A stretch of 64,000 bases of DNA from assembly GCA_041749135.1 (NCBI GenBank), contig JBGTBW010000146.1, positions 9,573-73,572 of the forward strand, read 5' to 3'. Position 1 is the first letter of the stretch; each line of letters begins with the position of its first letter. Origin of the DNA: Verrucomicrobiales bacterium. GTDB lineage: Bacteria; Verrucomicrobiota; Verrucomicrobiia; Verrucomicrobiales; DEV007. A program made the position numbers and the translations under genes. Below, piece after piece: positions 9,701 to 17,150 of this stretch. The notes beneath the pieces were generated by a model, which ran no database searches, was not told the origin of the DNA, and was given only the letters and a program-made list of their open reading frames with translations.

Positions 9701-12368
9701 GCAGCGGGATGCCCAGCGTGCCCTCGCCGTCCACCGTGTTGCCGGTCAGCGTGCAGTTCTGCATCGTCACGGTGCTGATGAGGATCGTGCTGGACCCGGT
9801 GCACTCGTTGTAGACTCCCCCGCCCTTCGACTTCCCCTTCGCGATGTTCCCGCTGACGGTGCATCCGGTGAGGATCGCCTGGCCGCCGTTCTCGTTGCGC
9901 AGCCCGCCCCCGTAGGCCGCGATGACCCCGGAAACACGGTTGTCCGCCAGGGTGCTGTCCTGGGCCAGCAGGACGCCGTAGTAGTCGTTGGCGATGGCCC
10001 CGCCGCCCCCGGAGGTGTTGTCGTTGAGATCGCAGCGCAGCACGCGGACAAGGCTGCCGAAGGTGGTCTTCATCGCTCCGCCGCTCGACAGGAACAGCGC
10101 CTCCGCCTCGTTCTCGTTCAGTTCAGAATCGGTCACTTGCGTGAAGGAGGCGAAACTGTGGACCGCTCCGCCCATCGCCAGGATCGTCGTGGCGCGAACC
10201 CGGTTTTCGTTGAGCTTCGAGCCGGTCACCTCGAGGGCGCTGAAAAATGAACTGATGCCCCCGCCATGGCTGCCCAGCGCGCTCGCCGATTCGTTGCCGG
10301 TCAGCACCGAGTTCCGGATCTTCAATAGCCCGAGGTCGGTGTGAATGCCGCCCCCGAAAACCAACGCCCGCGGCGTGGCCAGGTGATCGGCCACGTAACA
10401 GCGCAGCCAGCCGCCGTCCACCCAGCAGACATCCATCAGATGGCGCGCGGCGGCGACTCCGGTCCCGGCCTTGTTCCCCTCGATGACCGAGTCCATCACC
10501 TCGGTGACGGGTGAGCCGAGCCCAAGCCAACCGGCAACATTGGAGAAGGGATCGTTGCCCGCGGAGCCGTCGCCCAACTGGTCCTCCATGTATTCTTCGG
10601 CCGATCCGGCCTGTTCGGCGCGGGTGGAAGACCTGGCGACGTACTCGGCCTCGACCGCCTCGGCCTGGGATTCGCTGGTCGGATCCAAGGGCGGCGTGAC
10701 ATCGGCGAGGTCCGACCGATGCCCGGTCAATTCCTCCGACGCGGTGCGTCCTCCGCCCACGCGCAGGGTGGAGACGTTCAGGCCGCTGCTGCTGATGCCA
10801 CCCCCGTTCCGTGCGGCCGCGTTGTTGCGGATGATGCTATTTCGGACCGTCAGCCGCGCCGCACCGCGGTTGTAAACGCCGCCCCCCTCGCCGCCGAAGT
10901 AATCGAACGCCCGGCAGTCGCGCACCTCGCAGCGGTCCAGCACCACCGTGCCCTGGTTGTAGATTCCGCCGCCGCTCGGGGCCAGACCGTCGATGACGGT
11001 GAGATCCTCCAGATGGAGCGTCCTGCCCGGAAGCACGGTGAACACCGATCCCAGCAGTGCGCCCGAAACGAAGGTCCGCCCGATGCCCTGACCGCGGATC
11101 GTCAGGTCGCGATCCACGATGACGTTGTCGTAGTACGTCCCGGCTTCGAGGCGGATCTCGTTGCAGCGCGGGTTGTCGAGCGCCGGCAAAAGATCGCCCA
11201 TATGCGGTGGAGCAATGACGAGCGCGGTGTCGTCCGTGAAGCCCCCTGTGAAGTCGAGGACCCCAAGGCTGCCCCAACCGGCGTTGTTTGAATAGTACCA
11301 ACCCACTCGCCGGGTCCCGCCATGCCCTCGTGCCAGCACATCGAGCGGCTCGTAGTGGTGAATGGGATCGTAGCCGCTGCCGCCATCGAGCAGTTCCCCC
11401 TGCGTGATCGTTCCCGTCGGCAAGAGGCTCGCGGTGAACCCGACCTTGACGGTCGCGCGCGCCTTAGCCTGCCGTCCTCCCCGGGGAGGCAGCGTCATCG
11501 ACACCGGGTCCGTGGACAACTGCGCCCCGGACAGTTCCCAAGCCGTGTCTCCCAGCAGATTCGCGACTCGGCCATGTCCCGAGCTGTCCGTCGCCACATT
11601 CCCGGTCCCGTCATCCATCCGCCAGTACGCAATGAGACCGGGCTCCGTGACCGCAAGCTGACCGTTCATGTTTCCGGCGATCTGCGACGGCGTTCGCGCT
11701 ACGGTCCAGATCCGGACTTCGTCTACGCTGCCATCAAGGTAGCTCCCCGGACAAAACCCGATCGTGACCGGGCTGTTGTTCGAGCCTTGCGGCCGGATCA
11801 GCTCTTTCCAAGGCTGGCCGAACGCGTTGAGTTGGGGCGACTTCGCCATGAACACTCCGTTCACGTAGAGCCGAGCCTCCGGAATGGACGCGTCATACAC
11901 TGCCGCCAGATGCACCCACAATCCGGCCGGGATGTTCCAAGGGTACGCATCGAGATAGCTGTTTGCGGCATTCAAATCGAATACCGGCACGCCGTCGCGC
12001 CGGAGCCCTAACAACCACTCGCCCGGCCCCGGCGCATGTCTCCAGCCCGGCCGCGACATCTTGGCCACCGCCGGACTCATGCCGCCCAGCTCGGCTTCAG
12101 CATAGCGGACCATCCAGGCCTCGATCGTGAAGCTGTCGTCCGGTCCGATCGGAATCCCGTGCGCCTCCGCCTTCGAGGTGACCCCATTGAAGAGCAGGGC
12201 TCCTCCGGCCACGTCCTGGGCTCGGGCGTCCGGCATGGCCAAGCTTGCCCAGACCACGGAAACCACCAGCGCCGCGCGGAGCCAGGCGTGCCGCACGCGT
12301 CCGGAGGGGGTTGCCAGTTCGGCATGACAGGGGCCGTCGCCGGCCTCAACAAACGTGTGTATTCTCAT
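744..12368 (-). CDS. Giant (~3,870 aa) secreted adhesin-like protein. Signal peptide, LamG/concanavalin-like domain, parallel beta-helix repeats (GGGIYN/GGGVYN/GGGLYN), many FG-GAP/VCBS repeats (DLDGDGxxDL), tandem cadherin-like VLANDxDxDGD domains, C-terminal FYR tail.
   Basis: 4,019-codon ORF in the six-frame track. A likely true start is the ATG at 12368 (MRIHTF...AWLRAALVVSVVWASLAMPDARA signal-like segment), which overlaps the stop of the upstream receiver gene (ATGA). Repeats are read directly from the translation: ADLNGDG, DLDGDGDLDVFVVN, GVLANDRDPDGD (x6+), beta-helix GGGxYN repeats, LamG motif DGSVDEVRIWTVARTPSQI. Confidence 0.85.
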   Translation of the reverse strand: MRIHTFVEAGDGPCHAELATPSGRVRHAWLRAALVVSVVWASLAMPDARAQDVAGGALLFNGVTSKAEAHGIPIGPDDSFTIEAWMVRYAEAELGGMSPAVAKMSRPGWRHAPGPGEWLLGLRRDGVPVFDLNAANSYLDAYPWNIPAGLWVHLAAVYDASIPEARLYVNGVFMAKSPQLNAFGQPWKELIRPQGSNNSPVTIGFCPGSYLDGSVDEVRIWTVARTPSQIAGNMNGQLAVTEPGLIAYWRMDDGTGNVATDSSGHGRVANLLGDTAWELSGAQLSTDPVSMTLPPRGGRQAKARATVKVGFTASLLPTGTITQGELLDGGSGYDPIHHYEPLDVLARGHGGTRRVGWYYSNNAGWGSLGVLDFTGGFTDDTALVIAPPHMGDLLPALDNPRCNEIRLEAGTYYDNVIVDRDLTIRGQGIGRTFVSGALLGSVFTVLPGRTLHLEDLTVIDGLAPSGGGIYNQGTVVLDRCEVRDCRAFDYFGGEGGGVYNRGAARLTVRNSIIRNNAAARNGGGISSSGLNVSTLRVGGGRTASEELTGHRSDLADVTPPLDPTSESQAEAVEAEYVARSSTRAEQAGSAEEYMEDQLGDGSAGNDPFSNVAGWLGLGSPVTEVMDSVIEGNKAGTGVAAARHLMDVCWVDGGWLRCYVADHLATPRALVFGGGIHTDLGLLKIRNSVLTGNESASALGSHGGGISSFFSALEVTGSKLNENRVRATTILAMGGAVHSFASFTQVTDSELNENEAEALFLSSGGAMKTTFGSLVRVLRCDLNDNTSGGGGAIANDYYGVLLAQDSTLADNRVSGVIAAYGGGLRNENGGQAILTGCTVSGNIAKGKSKGGGVYNECTGSSTILISTVTMQNCTLTGNTVDGEGTLGIPLPAFGGGLYNGSFTEGTAIATLFNCTIHGNEAINGLTRQGGGIYSTAMSSLKASLEPEVLGVSAVNIAGTILAHNRPDDVYNRTLTLQTFITSTGYNLDTDGTGGQAALLSDLLLPEAARFRTAQDPGLGPLEHNGGRTRTHALRTGSPARDNGTPGTLFPGDAVDQRGVLRALGGPRDIGAFESVAPSGEPEAYEGIEDILLTVDAADGVLANDFGDSPRAGLVTDPEHGSLSLFEDGSFTYLPNTFFNGEDRFIYRIQDFNGRVSEEITVTLTVHSRLNWLTLTPEPGDEGEAWTPVVLSFDEPVTGDAVGSHVEVSGSSSGRQDFSVALSGDGREATLSFSERFIRGETVNVTVRDTLTSAAGSSFFPTETRTFGIIRNRPPVPAAPQTFAIEKNGVIELPRSHGLLQGASDPDGDDFSVRTDVWVEGRLYDLLTRWPGAPYEDLEYFGDWPDGSWAARVPVYAEHGELELRADGSFTYTPPPSYRGTDSFRYFLTDGDLESDPVTVTIQVTGEADAPEARPDHYSFVSFDLNNVVDAYFYLDVDAGGGVLANDLNTHGLELIAELVDNVANGTLTLHLDGGFEYRSFDSLSSGIDAFTYRVRADEIGYLSGPIRVALGARALILADDFYVYDGAEVIEAPVAEGVLANDFDPNLELPATATAWAQVATPPVHGTLELLQDGAFRYTPNPDHPGSDTFVYSAGTPYSYGFYPSARVKLGNAVPVAEDDVYALFEGETRIVPAAEGVLANDRDPDGDAGLVVELVTPPSHGTLFLTSDGSFQYTPEPGIAAVDTFTYRTSDGRSWSGPATVSLRVIERLEIVSVDPAAHTPDAPADGPVRITFSQSLDEPSMAGRLNVFGSLTGRREVTAAVNGSEVTLVPAAPFLPGESITVHVSAGIRGGAAAELARPHAWRFHAAVPRGSAVFERTLAGSSTTEFSEFVTLADLNGDGASEAVVWNRDTHPRLYLNQGDGTFTEREESLGLQYPNLAFRGSAPLVADLDGNGHPDLVLIGQADNAFGGRSTELRIGFNDGLGEFPAADVVTFGLSSLPFGSPSFLLAGDFDGDGALDLLGVNATWAWVWRNDGHGNFTLDAGSAIAITSASAGAVGDLNNDGFMDVYLAGIQGGQLLINEGGARFSLRSGVVNPTWARQVVLADLDGNGALDAWVVHQVNSGANEVWLNDGAANFHRSPYEIHRRFTLGAGLGDLNGDGRLDVWQADVRDGAGQGGGDAVLLNDGSARFALSGPLLGASDSYHAAIADLDGDGDLDVFVVNNSRSIGSGNEVWLNQSAPVSRDDFYPANGTSPVVVAAAQGPLANDLPGDGGPMQAQLVTPPTRGSVVLSANGGFTYTPGAGFAGVDVFTYRAADAQAASAPARVKIGNTAPVADDDGPYLAPAGDTFMVAASQGVLANDADADGDPLTAVLVTSPAHGALTLRRDGSFVYTPAPGHTGADAFTYGATDGLGTSAPATVTLDVRSTLRVVEMLPSPNHPAAPGDEPVVLRFNRPLNPATVEANLSVAGEQSGPRGVRSELDGTILTLTLDPDTGFFAGERVTVTVLTGLTGAQGEILPAPVLSEFVIEAPAGAGAFTDSLQRIGNEEYNSFGIAIGDLNGDGHPDLFVPNALGYIGQPAPYGGRVWFNNGSGGFAEGTQAVGSKYISRAQLADLNGNGYLDVITTHRSEPYGLALFFNNGSGGFTEGSQSLADVLFEGVAAADLDGDGDVDLVTVNTTAARVWLNDGTGVFTESTVAMADIGFANRTFTEVRIADVDNDGSLDLVAGQFLGPTLVWLNDGHGVFRDTLQALGESGAFPLVGDVNGDGAADILTVRRSGSGALVWLNDGSGQFTATAQTFAWNTVQGAALGDFDGSGALDLIVLQSQFVDGQSVNRSVLLVNDGAGTFAPEAGTPGPEHAMTSIVAGDLNRDGALDLVFGGGFGRPNQVWFNGAGLPAPSGIRSLSITDRETAMPFESVSLRVPATTTLAVHVAIDDAGKGMLLAPGFTGSNEDTYELAGPAGTVEAALRAMVFVPSRYRRPVGESETAVFTLTVTMGDFTRLDGDTTVTVLAENDPPLAVDDGGAGFSTVATAALTTPSVMDNDTDSNPGDTFGIVDVVTLGTIGRVVHQGGGVFHYDPEGRFPLPPGTSVTDSFLYVVEDVHGARASARVTVEVHGENHPPSAPDLVIALPENSGDNVIDNAILTQATDADVGDRTLITAIDASGVLGSVSLAPDGTLSYNPAGSGPKLGPGGERMDAFGYTVSDRQGSTASGRVTIRIQGRNDAPTAGPVTITVAENEDPVEIAALLLATAADPDPGQTAQLRVSGVERSLTQGQAGVLGTAFFYSPARRFDGLQEGETATDQFDYLVEDPFGATGRGTVTVTVTGVNSSPMAGEAHAVIALEPVTVDLTASLLANAEDPDDDRSTLRVAAIDTEGTLGEVILSGETVHYTPPAGLVVPRDEYRTDQFRFAVRDPGGAESGFALATVHLRGVQTPPALDVDWAGQPVQYSDAIAPVSVVAGDAETPGEDLVVRISWRRADDAAPFEPGVPDGLSWALTATEANAVRWILSGRARVAPGDYRFRVEVEDATAATEEAEFEITVLPEDARSSFAGVLFQGASSPTSSTTMLTLRATVWDLSTLPSDDLEHDPYPADIRKATVTFVDRTTGLVIAGDLPVQAPDPDAPELGMVSFDWPVDIGSADSESYSIGMIIGGWFDRDSREDDVLVTVSRPLAGDMVTGGGFLVLSDSDGIVPGDAGSKLDFGLNAKFIQGGKTLQGSVDLTLRSDERVYQIKSSALTSLAVQDNRSVFTARVVISDVTGPGKGITVDKQATLQVLLTDRGEPGRNDSLAVAVWDRDDRLWFSSHWNGRRTVEQTLGGGNLKIHSKGPGSKALARTAPGGFGAGFNGPWIEGGAGGGSPALANASQTPRDYRIAFPARPGTEYLIEASSDLITWTPVARVPSLSDRIVYIDSSDAPLRFYRARAEVRE

Positions 12369-12766
12369 CTGACAGGTGTTGATGGAGTGGGTAGGTTCCA
12401 AGGAGTGCCCGAAGCGATCAGGCCATAGAGGGGTTGAAGGTCGTCCTTGAGGAAACAGGCAAGGGCCCCGGTCTGCGCAGCGCGCTCCCGAAGCACCGCG
12501 TCGTCGAACTGGCTGACCAGAACGATGCGCGCCTCCGGGAACCGGCTCAGGATGGCGCGGGTCGCCGAAAGGCCGTCCACCGGAGACATCTGAATGTCCA
12601 TGATCACCCAGTCCGGCTGCACCTCGGCGTAGCGGCTTACCGCCTCCGCCCCGCCTTCCGCCTCGAAGACCTCGCTGCCCAGCGGACTCAGCAGCCCGCG
12701 CAGCAGCAACCGCGTCGGCGGATGATCGTCCACCACAAGGATCCTGGCATTTCCCAAAGTGGCCAT
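12365..12766 (-). CDS. Stand-alone CheY-like receiver (REC) domain protein
   Basis: ILVVDDHPPTRLLLRGLL...DWVIMDIQMSPVDGLSATRAIL...RIVLVSQFDD has the phospho-acceptor Asp context. ATG at 12766. Its TGA stop overlaps the ATG of the giant adhesin gene (ATGA at 12365-12368). Confidence 0.7.
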   Translation of the reverse strand: MATLGNARILVVDDHPPTRLLLRGLLSPLGSEVFEAEGGAEAVSRYAEVQPDWVIMDIQMSPVDGLSATRAILSRFPEARIVLVSQFDDAVLRERAAQTGALACFLKDDLQPLYGLIASGTPWNLPTPSTPVR

Positions 12767-12940
12767 GACCGCGGATCGTGACACAACTCCCGCCGCCGAA
12801 CATCGGAGGGGATGCGTAGAAAGGGCTACGGGTGGTTGCCTACGTAGCGCTACGGAGGGGACGCTCGCCGCCTCGATGAAGTGCGCCACCGACAGGGTCC
12901 AGGTGGGGCGCCAGCGTTTCAGCGGACCCGGATCCGACCG

Positions 12941-13594
12941 TCACAACCTCGACCGGTTCGCGAAGGCGAACTTAAGCAGGCTGTGGGCGCCCTCGAGGTG
13001 CAGCTTGTGGCTCATGTTCTGCCGGTGGGTGTCCACGGTGCGCACGCTGATGCCGAGCAGATCGGCAATCTCCTTGGTGGTCTTGTCGTCGGAGATAAGG
13101 AGCAGGATCCGCCGTTCCGCAGCCGTGAGCCGCTCGATGCCCGGCTTCTCGCGCTTCAGAGCCCTTCGTTCTTCGGCCCGGCGGGCGACCAACCCGGAGA
13201 GGGTGGGGCTGATGTAGGTCCGGTCGTCGAGGACGTATCGGATCGCGGTGAGGACATCCGTCACGGCATTCTCCTTGAGCACGTAGCCGCGGACGCCGAG
13301 ATCCATTGCCGCCTCAAGGAACTCGGGATCCTCGTGCATCGTCAGGAGCACCAGCCTTGTCGGGTGGTCTTCCTCGCGCAGCACCCGCGCCACCTCCAAG
13401 CCGGTCCGTTTCGGCATGCGCACGTCCAGGATCGCCACCGCCGGACGACGCGCCCGGATCAACGCCAGCGCCTCCTCACCGTCTCCGGCCTCCCCGACCA
13501 CGCGTATCGAAGGCTCCTCCCCAAGCACATCCACCAGGCCGCGGCGGAAGACCGGATGATCATCAGCAATGATCAGTTCGTGCGGCGCAGTCAT
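12941..13594 (-). CDS. NarL/FixJ-family response regulator (REC + LuxR-type HTH)
   Basis: LIIADDHPVFRRGL...AILDVRMPKRTGLEVAR...LLTMHEDPEF; C-terminal LTAAERRILLLISDDKTTKEIADLLGISVRTVDTHRQNM (LuxR HTH). The start ATG overlaps the upstream kinase stop (ATGA at 13591-13594). Confidence 0.85.
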   Translation of the reverse strand: MTAPHELIIADDHPVFRRGLVDVLGEEPSIRVVGEAGDGEEALALIRARRPAVAILDVRMPKRTGLEVARVLREEDHPTRLVLLTMHEDPEFLEAAMDLGVRGYVLKENAVTDVLTAIRYVLDDRTYISPTLSGLVARRAEERRALKREKPGIERLTAAERRILLLISDDKTTKEIADLLGISVRTVDTHRQNMSHKLHLEGAHSLLKFAFANRSRL

Positions 13595-16500
13595 GGATCA
13601 GAGAGGACGGGCTGAGCGAGTGGCACGAAGATTTTCACCCGGACGCCGGTCCCTGGACGGGACTCGAACTCGATGCGGCCTCCAATCGTACCGACCCGTT
13701 CGCGAAGGCTCCGCAGGCCGAAACCGGCCCCCGGCGAACGGAGGTCGAACCCGCAGCCGTCGTCGCGGATGAGGGCTGCAAGTCGGTCGCCTCCCCGGCG
13801 GACGCTCACGGAGGCGGAGCGCGCGCCCGAATGTTTCGCGATGTTGGTCAGGCACTCCTGCACCGACCGGAAGAAGTGGATCTCCGCGGACTTGGGCAGG
13901 GCGCCGTCCAGGTCCTCCAAGTCGGTATTCACCTCGATGCCCGACGCGTCCCCCAGTCGGCGGGCGATGTGGGCGATCGCCTGCGTCAGGCCGAGTTCAT
14001 CGAGCTGGAAAGGTCGAAGTTCGTGCGCCATGGCACGAACTTCGCGAAGGGATTGCGAGGCGAGCTCAGAGACCTGGGAGAGTTCCTGGGACATCCGCCG
14101 CCCCTCACCCTCATGACGAAGCCCGAGCAGGGCGCGATTCTTGATGACTAGCAGGTTCTGCCCGAGGCTGTCGTGCAGCTCCGCCGCCAGCCGACGGCGT
14201 TCCTGTTCCTGCGACTCCATCAGGCGCCGCGAGAACTCATGCTGAAGCCGGCGTTCCCGCTCCAGACGAGTCACCCGCGTGCCGTAGCCCAGGGCCAGCA
14301 GGCTGGCAAGCGCCCCGGCACCCGCCGCCCGGAACCACCACGTCTGCCACCAGGCCGGCCGGATGGTCAGCGCCACCGTGCCCGCCGTCTCGCTCCAGAC
14401 CCCGTCGTTGTTCCCGGCCATCACCTCGAATCGGTACCGGCCAGGCGGCAATCCCTGGTACGAGGCCACGCTTTCGCCGCCCACCTCTCGCCACTCGGTG
14501 TCGAAACCGGTCATGCGCCACCGAAAATGCACCCCCGACGGAGCCGCCAGGCTGATGCCCGTGTATCGGATGTCCACGCGTCGCGGACCTGGCGGTACTG
14601 TCACGGACGCAACCGGTCCCGGCTCCCCCTGCGCTACACCGTCCACCAACACCTCCTCGACCAACACGCGGGGCGGATGGAGGTTTCGCGGCAGACGCGC
14701 CGGGTCCACCACGGCCACACCGTCCACCGTCGCGAACCAGAGCCGCCCGTCGCGCGCCCGCAATGCCGAGGGATATCCGGAGGCGCTCTGGCCCGACGGC
14801 AGCCCATCGACCTCGCCGTAGGCGGTGGGATGAACCCGAAGCGTCTCTCCACGCAGGTGCGCGTCGACTCCGGCGCGGGACAGCCGGAAGACTCCACGGT
14901 TCGATCCAAGCCAGATCGAGCCTTCCCGATCATCAAGGATGCTCGTCACCTCCGCCTCGCCGAGTCGATCCCCGGCGTCGATGCGGTGAATCTTCTCGTC
15001 GCGCCAGAGGGCGAGACCCAGCCGGGTTCCGATCCATAGGGTACCCTCGCCCTCCGCATGCAGAGAACGCACCCCCGGGCTTGGCAGTTCTCCCTCGATC
15101 CGCGTCACCACCCCGTCGCGGAAATGCAGCAACCCCTCGTCTCGCATCCCAATCCACATTCCGCCGTCCGGATCGCGCTCGAGGACGTGCATCGCGTCGC
15201 GAGGGACTTCCCCGGGTCCCGGTTCCAAAGCCCCTGTCGCGTCGTCCCGGCGCCACAAGCCGTCCTCGGCGCCCAACCACAATGTTCCGGCCGCGTCCTC
15301 GCACAGCGTGCGAATGAACAAACTCCGGGCATCGGTCCCGCCGGTGCCGAAAACCTCGATACGCCCGTCGGCGTCGAGCGCGAAGTATCCCGCCCCGTAT
15401 GTTCCAAACCAGATTCGGCCGTCTCGTCGCATGACCGCGGCCCAGGCGTTCTGAAGCCCCGAATCGCCGGGAATCGACACCCCCGACCCGTTGATCACGG
15501 CCAACCCACCGTCCAGACGACCCGTCCAGATGCGTCCGGCCGCATCTTCGGCGATGGTCAGCGGCATCAGGGCTGGCGGAGGGAAGTCGCGGCCCCGGTG
15601 CAGCATCCGAAAGACCCCCGGCCGCACTCGCACCAGACCACCGCCGTTGGTCCCTACCCAGAGGTTGCCCTCCCCGTCCAGGGTCATCGCACGCACCGAC
15701 GCCGCGGGGAACCCCTGCTCCACCCCCACCCGCTGCATGACACCGGTGCTCCCGTCCAGGCGCACAAGGCCCGCACGCCAGCTTCCGATCCAGAACTCCC
15801 CAGGCGCCTCCTCGATCAGCGCGCAGGCGCCACGCACCTCGGCAAAGTGCAGCACCTCCGGCTCCGCTTCCCCGAGGCGAATGCCGGTGATCGAATCGCT
15901 ACGCAATAGCCAGACCCCCCCGCCAATCCGCGGCGACAATACATCGAACCTCCGGACGCCATCCCCGGCGCCCGTCGACCACTTCGTCCAGGTCTCCCCG
16001 TCAAATCCGAACAACTCCTCCTCCGTGCGCAGCCAGATCCAGCCCGCCACCGCCCGGTCGTTCACCATCCCCGTCACTGGCAGTTCCGACGGCGGCCCCG
16101 CGATCCGCGAAAAGCGCTGTTCATCGAACCGCCACAGCTCGCCGGACACCGTGGCAAACACCATGGACCCGTCCGCACCACGCACTCCACCCCGCGCAAG
16201 GCACCGTTCCATCGGCCAGCCCGAGTTGGCCTCGAACGTGCCGTACCGCCCGTCCCGCATGCGCACCAGTTCACCCCGTTCCATAGAAATCCAGATATCG
16301 CCATCCGCCCCCGCCGCCATCCGGAAACTCCGGTCGCTTACCATCCCGGGTTCGCGCCGGTCGAACAGCCGGAACCGGACCCCGTCGAAGCGCGCCAGGC
16401 CGCCAGAAGTGCTGACCCAGAGATACCCATCGGAAGTCTGCTGGATCGCATGGATCACGTTATCCGGCAGACCGTCCTCCACCCGCCATACCCGAACCGA

Positions 16501-16686
16501 GTAGGGCGCGACTGGCGCGGCGGCCTCGATACGAGGCTCGGTCAGTAGCGTTCCCCCCAACAATACGAGGAACACCCGTCCAATCCACGGGCAACGTGCC
16601 CCACGACCCGACGCCCTGGCCTTCGAGACACCGCCCTTCCAAGGTTGCTCTGGAAAGACAGAGAACGATGTGGGCGCTTGCTGCAT
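13591..16686 (-). CDS. Sensor histidine kinase with a large periplasmic two-component-regulator beta-propeller/Y_Y_Y-type sensor region, one TM segment, a HisKA_3 dimerisation domain and a HATPase_c domain
   Basis: 1,031 aa. Repeated propeller-like units (DGxLWIGT, GGLxRxD). TM segment WWQTWWFRAAGAGALASLLALGYG. H-box LAAELHDSLGQNLLVIKN (HisKA_3). C-terminal ATPase motifs (DDGCGFD, GFGLRSLRERV). Confidence 0.8.
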   Translation of the reverse strand: MQQAPTSFSVFPEQPWKGGVSKARASGRGARCPWIGRVFLVLLGGTLLTEPRIEAAAPVAPYSVRVWRVEDGLPDNVIHAIQQTSDGYLWVSTSGGLARFDGVRFRLFDRREPGMVSDRSFRMAAGADGDIWISMERGELVRMRDGRYGTFEANSGWPMERCLARGGVRGADGSMVFATVSGELWRFDEQRFSRIAGPPSELPVTGMVNDRAVAGWIWLRTEEELFGFDGETWTKWSTGAGDGVRRFDVLSPRIGGGVWLLRSDSITGIRLGEAEPEVLHFAEVRGACALIEEAPGEFWIGSWRAGLVRLDGSTGVMQRVGVEQGFPAASVRAMTLDGEGNLWVGTNGGGLVRVRPGVFRMLHRGRDFPPPALMPLTIAEDAAGRIWTGRLDGGLAVINGSGVSIPGDSGLQNAWAAVMRRDGRIWFGTYGAGYFALDADGRIEVFGTGGTDARSLFIRTLCEDAAGTLWLGAEDGLWRRDDATGALEPGPGEVPRDAMHVLERDPDGGMWIGMRDEGLLHFRDGVVTRIEGELPSPGVRSLHAEGEGTLWIGTRLGLALWRDEKIHRIDAGDRLGEAEVTSILDDREGSIWLGSNRGVFRLSRAGVDAHLRGETLRVHPTAYGEVDGLPSGQSASGYPSALRARDGRLWFATVDGVAVVDPARLPRNLHPPRVLVEEVLVDGVAQGEPGPVASVTVPPGPRRVDIRYTGISLAAPSGVHFRWRMTGFDTEWREVGGESVASYQGLPPGRYRFEVMAGNNDGVWSETAGTVALTIRPAWWQTWWFRAAGAGALASLLALGYGTRVTRLERERRLQHEFSRRLMESQEQERRRLAAELHDSLGQNLLVIKNRALLGLRHEGEGRRMSQELSQVSELASQSLREVRAMAHELRPFQLDELGLTQAIAHIARRLGDASGIEVNTDLEDLDGALPKSAEIHFFRSVQECLTNIAKHSGARSASVSVRRGGDRLAALIRDDGCGFDLRSPGAGFGLRSLRERVGTIGGRIEFESRPGTGVRVKIFVPLAQPVLSDP

Positions 16687-17150
16687 CGTGAGATCCTTGT
16701 AAGAAAACCCGCTCGAAAGCAGCCCGCAAATACAACCTCATCTCCCCAGAATCACCCCCAACAGCGGGAGAGCATCCTGAATGTCCTTTACCTTAAACTG
16801 CAGGAATTTCCATGAGCCAGGTGGAGTGAGACCGCGGACGCGGTCTCTTTAGTGCGACGCTTCGCGGCGCTTTCCCACGCGCGCCCGGCCCGTGAGGATG
16901 AAAACGATGAAATCCTCCAATTCACCGAAAAGAGCGCCCAAGGAGCGCGAAACGCGTCGATTTTTCCTTGACTGAAGCGCCGGTTCCGGCGGGATTTACC
17001 GGAGTGAGCCAGGATGCCCAGTCTGCAGCTCTACCTCCCCCCAACCGCCTCCTCTGACCGAGCGGGACCGGCAACTTTGAAAATCGAATTCCTGCTCTTC
17101 GACGATGGTTTTCTGAGCGTGCAGCCATGTGTGGAAGGAGAAACGGCGTA

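Noticed and set aside
1059-11400. Dozens of 60-400-aa ORFs on both strands inside the giant adhesin gene (for example 5226-6128, 6438-7670, 8022-8744)
   Set aside because: All are Arg/Gly/Pro-rich frames with no motifs, embedded in a gene whose own frame carries coherent domain repeats. They are expected by chance at ~65% GC.
12369-12803. Upstream 145-codon extension of the giant adhesin ORF
   Set aside because: The extension overlaps the receiver-domain gene in another frame, is Gly/Arg-rich low-complexity sequence, and precedes a much better start (the ATG at 12368, followed by a signal-like hydrophobic segment and the ATGA coupling).
16828-16850. 8-bp GC hairpin (gagaccgc-ggac-gcggtctc) followed by ttt in the kinase / PEP-CTERM intergenic region
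   Set aside because: It sits between divergently oriented genes with no upstream gene to terminate, and the T-run is only 3 nt. Possibly regulatory, but unsupported.
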